A stretch of DNA of 64,000 nucleotides from Candidatus Thalassarchaeum betae (GTDB taxonomy: Archaea > Thermoplasmatota > Poseidoniia > Poseidoniales > Thalassarchaeaceae), in NCBI GenBank assembly GCA_003193925.1, contig PSPG01000001.1, forward strand, positions 15,494-79,493, in the 5' to 3' direction. Made by a program: the position numbers and the translations under genes. Numbering within the stretch: position 1 is the first letter of the stretch; the number at the start of each line of letters is the position of its first letter. Below are positions 20,167 through 28,042 of this stretch, one piece after another. A model generated the notes under the pieces. The model made no database searches. It was given only the letters and a program-made list of their open reading frames with translations, and was not told where the DNA came from.

Positions 20167-21348
20167 ATGAACGTGATGCGCCATCTGCTAGTCCCTAACC
20201 ACCAAGTCGAGGATGCTCTCGGCCATATCCGCAGTCGAGGATGGCTCGCTCCGGGGATGAGGGTGTTCGCCTCAGAAGACGGCATTGCTCGACTGATTCC
20301 GCTCGATCCAGGAGCGCCGCTAGAGCTTCCCCAAGCGCTTGCGTCATTCGATGTCACCAGTCATGAGGGGGAAATCGACGAGAGAGCGGACAGCGATTGG
20401 TGGGGCCACCTATCCACACTCGTGGGCGATGAGGTGGTGGAGCGCCACCGGGAGGCATGGCCATCCTCTCACGAGTTCGTGGGTGACATGATGATTGTCA
20501 GAATCGAAGACGAGGTCGCCGGCTACGCTTCCCAAATCGCGCAGGCCAAGCTCCAGTCTCACCCCCATATCAGGCTGGTGCTCTCTGATGACGGCGTCCT
20601 CGGTGAATTCAGAATCCGAGAGTTGTCTCCCATCGGAGCGAGGCGAGGTGATGAGATCCTCCTGCACGACATCCCAGCAGACCTCAGTGACACAAAAGTG
20701 CACGTCAGGGAGTCCGGTAGGAGCATACTCTGCGACCCGAGAAGGGCTTACTTCTCCACAAAGCTCCAGTCAGAGCGACTCGAGACTCTAGCACTTGCCA
20801 AGGAGCTCCGCTCCTTGCTCGGCAGACCGCTTCGCGTCTGCGACCCTTTCTGCGGGGTCGGCCCGGCTCTCGCGACACTGCTGGGCGAACCCGGCCTGGT
20901 GGGGGATGCCCTAGCCTCTGATCTGAACCCCGACGCGGTAGAGATGCTGTTCGACAACCTGCGTCGCTGGGACCGCAGGGACTACCCGAGCGAGCCGAGC
21001 CCCCTCGCGCGGGTCCACGATGACATGATGGTTGGAGTGGCCGACGCCACTGAACTGGCAGGGGACACGACCATCGCAGGTAATTGGGACCTTGTCCTTG
21101 TCAATCTCCCTCATCGTTCCATCGAGTTCCTGCCGGTGCTCGCTCCCTTGCTTGACAGAACCTCCCCCTCCATGATCAGGGGCAGAGTGGTGGTTGCAGA
21201 ATCTGAGATCGACGCTGCAAACGCCGCCATTCGCTCCGCACTCCCAACTCGCCTGGAGGGCACGCCTGAGCCGGCGCTGCGAATCAAGCGCGACTACAGC
21301 AGCACGCTGCGACTCTGCTCCTTCGAGGCGTGGATTTCCCCCTCATAG
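20167..21348 (+). CDS. Class I SAM-dependent tRNA methyltransferase, Trm5/Tyw2 (Met-10+) family
   Basis: EFVGDMMIV, GEFRIR, AYFS..L..ER, DPFCGVGP, DLNPDA, VNLP. Confidence 0.8.
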   Translation: MNVMRHLLVPNHQVEDALGHIRSRGWLAPGMRVFASEDGIARLIPLDPGAPLELPQALASFDVTSHEGEIDERADSDWWGHLSTLVGDEVVERHREAWPSSHEFVGDMMIVRIEDEVAGYASQIAQAKLQSHPHIRLVLSDDGVLGEFRIRELSPIGARRGDEILLHDIPADLSDTKVHVRESGRSILCDPRRAYFSTKLQSERLETLALAKELRSLLGRPLRVCDPFCGVGPALATLLGEPGLVGDALASDLNPDAVEMLFDNLRRWDRRDYPSEPSPLARVHDDMMVGVADATELAGDTTIAGNWDLVLVNLPHRSIEFLPVLAPLLDRTSPSMIRGRVVVAESEIDAANAAIRSALPTRLEGTPEPALRIKRDYSSTLRLCSFEAWISPS

Positions 21349-21417
21349 GATGGAAAAGCATCGATGAACAGGGTGACGATTGGTGGGAGGCCGGCTACGA
21401 CGCCGGTGCTGAGTGAG

Positions 21418-21493
21418 TGGCGCCCCGACCGGGATTTGAACCCGGGTCGCAGCCTCGACAGGGCTGCATGATAGGCCACTACACCATCAGGGC
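21418..21493 (-). tRNA. tRNA-Asp(GTC), CCA encoded
   Basis: Reverse complement is GCCCTGATGGTGTAGTGGCCTATCATGCAGCCCTGTCGAGGCTGCGACCCGGGTTCAAATCCCGGTCGGGGCGCCA; folds as a cloverleaf, anticodon GTC. Confidence 0.96.
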
Positions 21494-21571
21494 TAGGGCT
21501 CCTCGACATCGACCCTCTTTTTCAATCTTTGATAGGGTATTGTTCATCACCCGCCCCCACTGGGGTTCGAC

Positions 21572-22165
21572 ATGGGTGAGCAGTCTCTCGTCATCGATGT
21601 CATCGACAACGGCGGCCAGTGGACCCACCGCGAGTGGCGCATGCTGCGATATCTCGGAGTAGACACTCAGATTCTGCCCAACGACACCCCGCTGGACGAC
21701 CTTCGGGAGATTGACGGACTGGTCCTCTCAGGCGGAGCAGCCCGCGTGGGTCTGACAGGCGAGTTGGGCAATTGCGCTGCCTACCTCGGCCTGTATGTGC
21801 CGATCTTAGGGATATGCGCCGGGCACCAGTTCATGGCTGGCCACTACGGCGGCCAGACCGCCGAGGCGCCCAAGCCAGAGTTCGGCCCCGCCTCGATTTC
21901 GCTGGTCGGTGGCGGCGGACAGTTGTTCGAGGGCACACCGGCGGAGCAGACGGTGTGGGAGAGCCACAACGACGAAGTCACGGAGGTGCCCTCCGGATTC
22001 AGCATCACCGCTCACAGCCACTCGTGTAAGGTGCAGGGAATGGAGAAAGAGTCGGGAGACCGCTTCGGCCTGCAATTCCACCCCGAAGTCAACGATTCCG
22101 AGTACGGTGCGCGGATATTCGAGAACTTCGTCGCCATATGCGAACGGGCCCGAAGGGCCCGCTGA
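21572..22165 (+). CDS. guaAA: GMP synthase glutaminase subunit A
   Basis: IDNGGQWTHR, LGICAGHQ, SHNDEV, QFHPEV. Confidence 0.92.
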   Translation: MGEQSLVIDVIDNGGQWTHREWRMLRYLGVDTQILPNDTPLDDLREIDGLVLSGGAARVGLTGELGNCAAYLGLYVPILGICAGHQFMAGHYGGQTAEAPKPEFGPASISLVGGGGQLFEGTPAEQTVWESHNDEVTEVPSGFSITAHSHSCKVQGMEKESGDRFGLQFHPEVNDSEYGARIFENFVAICERARRAR

Positions 22166-22208
22166 AGCATAGGACAGGTTGAAGAAGGCCTGCAAGGTCG
22201 CCGGCCCG

Positions 22209-22478
22209 ATGGCTAAGGAAGCAGACCGTATGATACTCCACAAGTGTAGGAACTGCAACCGTACTGACAAAAGGGCTTCGAGCTCCACCGAGCCGCCGAA
22301 ATGCAGCCATTGCGAATCGTCGATGGATCCGCTCGAGATCCGCTACAAGTGCCTGCGCTGCGGACACCTGGCTTGGAACGAGGCGCAAACCACCGGGAGG
22401 TCCTGCCACAAGTGCGGCTACCGCATCTTCGTAAAGCCCCGTAAGGAAGGCCGCCACAAGATCCTGAAGACCGAGTGA
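22209..22478 (+). CDS. rpoP: RNA polymerase subunit P (Rpo12) with an extra N-terminal Zn ribbon
   Basis: C-terminal YKCLRCG...CHKCGYRIFVKPR matches Rpo12; additional CRNC...CSHC upstream. Confidence 0.7.
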   Translation: MAKEADRMILHKCRNCNRTDKRASSSTEPPKCSHCESSMDPLEIRYKCLRCGHLAWNEAQTTGRSCHKCGYRIFVKPRKEGRHKILKTE

Positions 22479-22518
22479 GCAGCGGGGTCTTCAAGTCCCG
22501 CCAATTCGACGACCCCTC

Positions 22519-23658
22519 GTGGCGGGCTGGCTCAACACTCACGCACCTCGGACATTCGACGAGTTGGCGGTGCCAGCTCAGCTCCGAGAGGCACTCGCCT
22601 CGGCCAGCCTGTCCGCAGACCCGCCTCACCTGTTGATCACCGGGCCGGCTGGGGTAGGCAAGACGGCTTCGTGGCGCCTAGTCGCTCGACAGGTCCTAGG
22701 CCCCGGATGGAAATCCACCACCCACATTCTGCAGGCACGCGACCTAGTGCGCCAGCGCGGGGCGATGGCGCAGTTCGAGGCCTTCCTGCGCCCTGGAGGC
22801 CCGGGCTCCACTGACACTCTGGCGGGAAGGCTCAGCTTGGATGCCTTCGACAGGGGGATTGTGACCGGCTTGGCCGAGGATGTCGCCCCTGCCGGAAAAG
22901 AGGTCGAGTTGGCTCCCGGCGTGCTCCCAATCAGCCGTCTCATCGTGCTGGAGGACGCCGACTATCTAGGCTCTATCCGGCAGGCCTACCTTCGTAGGAT
23001 GATGGAGACTACCGGCTCGGCCTCGAGATTCGTCCTCGTGGCAAGAGCGCCTTCCCGCATCATCGACGCCCTGCGCTCCCGCACTCAGATGATACGAATC
23101 CCCTCGACGAGCCGCGCAACCATGCTCGACAGGATGAGGACCGTCGCCGAGACTGAGGGGGTGGGGGCTGCTGACGGGGTCCTGGAGGATATAGCTTACA
23201 TCTCGAAGGGCAATCTGCGCAAGGCCCTATTCACCCTCGAGATGCTGCACATCAGAGGCTTGGCCCACGACAGGTCAGCCGTCCATAGACTGGTGCAGGC
23301 GACGACTTTGCAGTCGGGCAGGCATCTGCTCGAGCTCGCACTGAGGGGTAGGGTGGTCGAGTGGAGATGGGAGAGCAGGGGCGGTCGCAAGAAGCGGATT
23401 CTGGCCGGCGCGCTCGCCGAGGTCGACCGCCTGATGAACGATCACGGTCTGGATTCGGATGATGTCGTCTCCCAACTCCATGACGTGCTGGTTGGCAGGA
23501 GACTCTCGTTGCCCGATGCCCTAAGGGAGGAGGTGCTGTCGGCATTGGCCGACTGCGACGCTCAACTGACGCGCTCGATGCACGCGCGAATCCCGTTCGA
23601 GAACTTCCTCCACAAGGTAGCTCGGGCAGGTCACACTCACGGCCTCGCTTTCGGCTGA
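22519..23658 (+). CDS. Divergent replication factor C small-subunit-like AAA+ ATPase
   Basis: WLNTHAPRTFDE, GPAGVGKT, LEDAD, ALRSRT, GNLRKA. Confidence 0.8.
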   Translation: MAGWLNTHAPRTFDELAVPAQLREALASASLSADPPHLLITGPAGVGKTASWRLVARQVLGPGWKSTTHILQARDLVRQRGAMAQFEAFLRPGGPGSTDTLAGRLSLDAFDRGIVTGLAEDVAPAGKEVELAPGVLPISRLIVLEDADYLGSIRQAYLRRMMETTGSASRFVLVARAPSRIIDALRSRTQMIRIPSTSRATMLDRMRTVAETEGVGAADGVLEDIAYISKGNLRKALFTLEMLHIRGLAHDRSAVHRLVQATTLQSGRHLLELALRGRVVEWRWESRGGRKKRILAGALAEVDRLMNDHGLDSDDVVSQLHDVLVGRRLSLPDALREEVLSALADCDAQLTRSMHARIPFENFLHKVARAGHTHGLAFG

Positions 23659-23663
23659 GAGAG

Positions 23664-23741
23664 TGGCGGGCGCGGCAGGATTCGAACCCGCGGTCCCCGG
23701 CTTAGGAGGCCGGTGCATTATCCAGGCTGTGCTACGCGCCC
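23664..23741 (-). tRNA. tRNA-Arg(CCT), CCA encoded
   Basis: Reverse complement GGGCGCGTAGCACAGCCTGGATAATGCACCGGCCTCCTAAGCCGGGGACCGCGGGTTCGAATCCTGCCGCGCCCGCCA; anticodon arm CCGGC-CTCCTAA-GCCGG. Confidence 0.95.
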
Positions 23742-23848
23742 GCTTGGCCCACGACGCCCCCTTCAAGAAAGGTGACGCTCGCAAAACCACGGCTCCGAAG
23801 GCGGAATTAAGCCGATGCCATCAAACACACTTTGTCTTCCGGAGTTCC

Positions 23849-25300
23849 ATGGAGCCCCCCCGCTCCTCCCTTCCGACTCCCTACTCGGACTCGAGCAAGT
23901 TCGTTGACAGCAGGCAGCGTGCCCTCCCTCGCAGAGTCGCAGCAAGAGACGCCGGCAGGCGTTTCTGGACCCGTCTGGCGACGATGCGCCCGGCCCCCGA
24001 ACTCCGACTCCTCCTCTCACTCATCGCGCCCGCGACAGCACTCCTCCTCCTGGCCGAGTGGGAGTTCGCCTCTTACCAGGCAGCCATCGCGGCCTTCTCA
24101 ATCCTGGCCCTTCTCCTAGTCCCAACCAATATGGCCGCCGTCTTCGCTGGGATGTCTGCGCGAGACCGCCTCAAGCTCAGGGATGGTGGACAGAGGTCGA
24201 TGGACGCCTACCCCGGGGTCGAGCGCATCCTCAACACGCTTCGTGAAAGGGTACTCAGAGAGAGAATCAGGCTCCTGTCAGCATTGCTCGGAACGCTATC
24301 GATCGTCGCGGTGTGGAACTTGGACACTGGTGAGTCGCTGGGCTCACTGCTGCTGGGGGCTTCCGCGGCCTTAGGAGTCCTGTGCCTGCTCAATTCGATG
24401 AGACTCGATGAGTCCATACCAATGCGCTCGAACGCATTTCCACTCCTGTCCCTGCACGCACCCACCTTACATCACAGCGTTTTGGACAGACCACTGACCG
24501 ACCTGATGGTCGCCCACCTGGATCCGGAGACTGCGGGGGCTTGGGACGAGTGGGTGAGTTCGCTGGCCGAGAGCGTCAGGATAGATCAGACCGCCGACTC
24601 CGCCATAGAGCACCTCCTCCGTGCCCTGCATCTGAACGAGCAGCGATTGCTCGACGACGCGCGGCTGCTGACTGAGGCTAAGCGCGTCTTCAAGGTGGCA
24701 GCGATTGACGGGCTCACGGACGACTCGAACAAGTTCAACCTGAAGTCGCTGAAGACCCTGCTGGCGCACACCAAAGCCTGGGAGCCGGGGCTCTTCCGCC
24801 TGATTGACAGGCTGCAGGACTCGGCCATCAGGGTTGACCACACGCTGACCGAGGAGCTATGGAGGCTGGACCTCGACTTGCCACCTCGTTGCTCGCAGGG
24901 CCAAGCCGACTTGTTCGTACTGCTCCACAACAACACTGGCAGAACGACCAACGTGAAGGTGGATGTCGTCGTCGCCGAGGGTGAGCCCGCATTGCAGACC
25001 CTCAGGGTCGAGGCACCGCCCTCCCGACGCCTCGATAGGTCTCGAGTGGTGGATCAGGTGGATTCGCTCGGACGCCTCCTCGACGACGCGATCGTTCTGT
25101 GGATAGGCCTAGCTTGGCCCGATTCCGAGCTTGGCTCGCACCCCGTGCAAGTGACCCTTAGGGGGGAGGATGGCGAGACGCTGTCGTCGATAGTGGTCCA
25201 GACCACACTCTCCTCGAAGGTGCAGCCGGAGAGCGTTGGACAGAGGATGTCGGACGCCGCATCCGCAGTTAGAAGGCTAACTCTCTCCATGACTGATTGA
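23849..25300 (+). CDS. Hypothetical membrane protein (about 4 TM plus C-terminal soluble region)
   Basis: Two hydrophobic helix pairs; start moved to ATG 23849 because the ORF-track start overlaps tRNA-Arg. Confidence 0.7.
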   Translation: MEPPRSSLPTPYSDSSKFVDSRQRALPRRVAARDAGRRFWTRLATMRPAPELRLLLSLIAPATALLLLAEWEFASYQAAIAAFSILALLLVPTNMAAVFAGMSARDRLKLRDGGQRSMDAYPGVERILNTLRERVLRERIRLLSALLGTLSIVAVWNLDTGESLGSLLLGASAALGVLCLLNSMRLDESIPMRSNAFPLLSLHAPTLHHSVLDRPLTDLMVAHLDPETAGAWDEWVSSLAESVRIDQTADSAIEHLLRALHLNEQRLLDDARLLTEAKRVFKVAAIDGLTDDSNKFNLKSLKTLLAHTKAWEPGLFRLIDRLQDSAIRVDHTLTEELWRLDLDLPPRCSQGQADLFVLLHNNTGRTTNVKVDVVVAEGEPALQTLRVEAPPSRRLDRSRVVDQVDSLGRLLDDAIVLWIGLAWPDSELGSHPVQVTLRGEDGETLSSIVVQTTLSSKVQPESVGQRMSDAASAVRRLTLSMTD

Positions 25301-25369
25301 GTGGAATCGGGACACGGTCCCGAGCGTCACGTTCATGGCGCGATTGCGAGTGGCTCTGACCGAGTCACC

Positions 25370-26815
25370 ATGGAGTCGTGGGACATCGTGGTTGTTGGAA
25401 GCGGCCCCGCCGCGCTGCGTGCGGCAATTGCAGCCGCAGATGCCGGCACCATACCTCTGATGATCGACTCTTCCGGTGTCGGGGCCGCCTCGGGCGCCGC
25501 TCCCCTCTCCGGCCTCGCGGCTTCCATCGACGAGGTCGATTCTACCGCTCACAGGGATGATACCGTCTCGGCGGGTGGAGACTCGACGGACAGGGTCGCA
25601 GCGGCTCGGACCTGCGGCGAGGCCGTCTCGGTCCTCGCCGAACTGGAAAGGTGGGGCCTGGTCCTGCGGCGCAGGGACGGCGGCCTGCCACACGCCTCCG
25701 AGGCACCAGGGCACAGCCGGGCCCGTCTGACCGGCTGTGGTGATGGTACCATCAGAGAAGTTACTCGCATCCTCGAGGAACAGGCGATCAAGAGGGGCAT
25801 CCCCCGCCGCTCCGACCTCGTCCCACTGTCTCTGGCCATGGACAACCAGCAGGTGCGCGGCATTATCTCTCTCGACCTTCTGAGCGGAGCAGTTTCAGCC
25901 ATTCAGGCCAAGGCCGTCGTCCTAGCGACGGAAGGCCACCAGGGCCTCTGGTCTTCGCCATTGAACGGTGCTGGAACCGGTGCCGCCATTGCCGCCGCCG
26001 CAGGCGTCGGACTGTCCGGTATGGCACACTCCTCGATGCACCCTCTCACTGTGAGAGACACGGACATGCAACTGCCGATTGAGCTGTTGAGCTCGGGTGG
26101 CAGGCTGTGCAAGGAGAGCGGAGACGACGTGGGCCCCGAAGCAGTCCTAGAGGGCGAGGATTGCGTACTCGACCTGCGTGGCTTGGAATCCGACGCTGCT
26201 CCTTGGTTCGCCGAGACTGCTAGACGGGTGAGAGAAAGGACGGGCTTGGACACTTCCGTGGAAGTGATACCGGTCTCGCCCAGCATCGCTGCCACCACCG
26301 GTGGCGCGCCCGTCGGAGAGGAGGGCAGAGTCACTTTCGACGACGGCAAGATGTGGTTCACTGGACTCTATGCTGCTGGGCGCTCTGCTAACACAGGCGT
26401 CCACGGAGCTGGAATGCTCCCGGGCAACCTACTGCTAGACGACCTCGTGAGCGGCCAGAGCGCTGGATCACACGCAGGAAACTGGGCCAAGGACGCTTCG
26501 TTCGGCGGCTCTTCAGTCGTTGACGCCGCTTCGAGCGAGGCTTCCGATAGAATCGCTTCACTATCCGCTGGTGCCGGCCACCCGGTTGGCCAGGTCTCAG
26601 CCAGCATCTGCTCAATCATGCAGAATGTCAACGGCAACGGCGACGAGAGATCACTCGCCGCCGCCGCCCTCGACGAGATACGGGGCACCGGAATCAAGGT
26701 GTCCGACGCTTCCAGCGTCATGAACACCGAGTTGACCACGGCACTGCATCTCGAGGGCTTGATGTTACTGGCCGATGCCATAGTCAGATCAGAGGGTCAG
26801 CATGAGCGAGCCTGA
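25370..26815 (+). CDS. SdhA/FrdA/NadB-superfamily flavoprotein with degenerate active site
   Basis: DIVVVGSGPAAL, GHSRAR, AKAVVLATEG, GLYAAG, GVHGA..L.GN. Confidence 0.8.
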   Translation: MESWDIVVVGSGPAALRAAIAAADAGTIPLMIDSSGVGAASGAAPLSGLAASIDEVDSTAHRDDTVSAGGDSTDRVAAARTCGEAVSVLAELERWGLVLRRRDGGLPHASEAPGHSRARLTGCGDGTIREVTRILEEQAIKRGIPRRSDLVPLSLAMDNQQVRGIISLDLLSGAVSAIQAKAVVLATEGHQGLWSSPLNGAGTGAAIAAAAGVGLSGMAHSSMHPLTVRDTDMQLPIELLSSGGRLCKESGDDVGPEAVLEGEDCVLDLRGLESDAAPWFAETARRVRERTGLDTSVEVIPVSPSIAATTGGAPVGEEGRVTFDDGKMWFTGLYAAGRSANTGVHGAGMLPGNLLLDDLVSGQSAGSHAGNWAKDASFGGSSVVDAASSEASDRIASLSAGAGHPVGQVSASICSIMQNVNGNGDERSLAAAALDEIRGTGIKVSDASSVMNTELTTALHLEGLMLLADAIVRSEGQHERA

Positions 26816-27227
26816 GCCGAGCATCTTCACCCTCATCATCCGAGGCGAGATACCCTGTCACAAGGTGTACGAGGACGAGCACGTCTTCGCCTTCCTCGAC
26901 ATCAACCCGTTCAGCCCCGGGCACACCCTTGTGGTCCCCAAGGAGCAGGCCATCACACTCGACGCCCTCTCCGACGAGTCCTCTGCGGCTATCGGAAGGG
27001 TTCTGCCGCGCATCTCGCAGGCCGTGCTCGCTGTCAGCGGGACGGTGGACTTCAACGTCCTGCAGAACAACGGCGAGGCCGCCTTCCAGTCGGTCTCCCA
27101 CGTCCACTTCCACATCATACCAAAGTCCGAAGACGGTAGCGGCCTCGCTTGGCCGTTCAAGAGCACTCAACTCGACCCCGACGAGGGAGCCCGTATGGCC
27201 GAGCAGATACGCAACTATCTGGAATAG
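26802..27227 (+). CDS. HIT family nucleotide hydrolase
   Basis: FLDINP, GHTLVVPK, QSVSHVHFHIIP histidine triad. Confidence 0.94.
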   Translation: MSEPEPSIFTLIIRGEIPCHKVYEDEHVFAFLDINPFSPGHTLVVPKEQAITLDALSDESSAAIGRVLPRISQAVLAVSGTVDFNVLQNNGEAAFQSVSHVHFHIIPKSEDGSGLAWPFKSTQLDPDEGARMAEQIRNYLE

Positions 27228-27295
27228 CATCGGTGCGTTCTCAATCAACCCCCTACTCGGCGTTCTCAAATAGGGCGGGTGCTCCAACTCTCTCC

Positions 27296-27928
27296 GTGAA
27301 CGCCCGCGATGCCGCTTCCGCAGTCCGCGAATGGCTCCGGAGCGAACGCCTCGAGGCCCGCGACGTCGCAGACCAGCAGGCCATGCTGCACCTGCACGTC
27401 CGCTACCCTCCCACCAAGCAGGGCCACGTGTTCAATGTCGTCATCCCAAAGAATCGAAACCTCGTCCTAATCTACTCCGTCACCCGGGTCGACAACGGCC
27501 AGCAGAAGGAGATGAACAGCCACTCGGTGAACGACCCCGGAGAGTGGGAGAAGTGGCTGCACGAGATTAGGATCCACCTGACTCAGGCAGACTTGGACTG
27601 GGTTCTGCACGTCGGCAAGAAGCAAGAGGGGGTTCCTGGACCCCTGCAGGCGTTCAATCTCTCGAGGCCGGTCTGGTTCGACGGCCTGACCCAGAACGAG
27701 TTCATGCACAATATGCGTCACCTCTGGCTCACCAAGCTCGCTCTGATTCACAAGATCAAGTTCGGGTATGGCTCAGGAGAGGGCAAGCCGGGCCCCGTCG
27801 ACGACTGGATCGCCAAGAAGACCCAGAGCAGAGGCAACCAACCGCAGACTCACTCCGAGCCGACCGAGATCCACACCGACGAGACTGGTGGGTTCGGTCG
27901 TGACTTCGATCCATCCGAATGGGCTTGA
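27296..27928 (+). CDS. Conserved archaeal hypothetical protein (possibly DUF2299-like)
   Basis: VREWL..E, FNVVIPK and RPVWFDGLT recall DUF2299; GTG start inferred. Confidence 0.5.
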   Translation: MNARDAASAVREWLRSERLEARDVADQQAMLHLHVRYPPTKQGHVFNVVIPKNRNLVLIYSVTRVDNGQQKEMNSHSVNDPGEWEKWLHEIRIHLTQADLDWVLHVGKKQEGVPGPLQAFNLSRPVWFDGLTQNEFMHNMRHLWLTKLALIHKIKFGYGSGEGKPGPVDDWIAKKTQSRGNQPQTHSEPTEIHTDETGGFGRDFDPSEWA

Positions 27929-28042
27929 GCAAGCGTTCCACTGCACGCGCTCTCGCGTGCGCATGTGACGGCTGGGGGTCGAGGTTAAGTATCGCAGGAA
28001 GGCGAACAAGGACGATACAGCGGCGTTGCCGGAGGCTATGAA

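Noticed and set aside
19311-20357. Apparent 326-nt overlap of the dph5 and trm5-like ORFs
   Set aside because: An artefact of longest-ORF start choice; family-like sequence begins at 20138 and about 20167
22145-22161. Hairpin CGGGCCC-GAA-GGGCCCG at the end of guaAA
   Set aside because: It lies inside coding sequence with no U-tract; too little support for a terminator call
21418-23741. Two tRNAs as possible integration sites bounding an island
   Set aside because: The genes between them are housekeeping; I saw no integrase and no duplicated tRNA 3' end
23663-23848. N-terminal extension of the 545-aa ORF
   Set aside because: It is the antisense reading of tRNA-Arg and its promoter region
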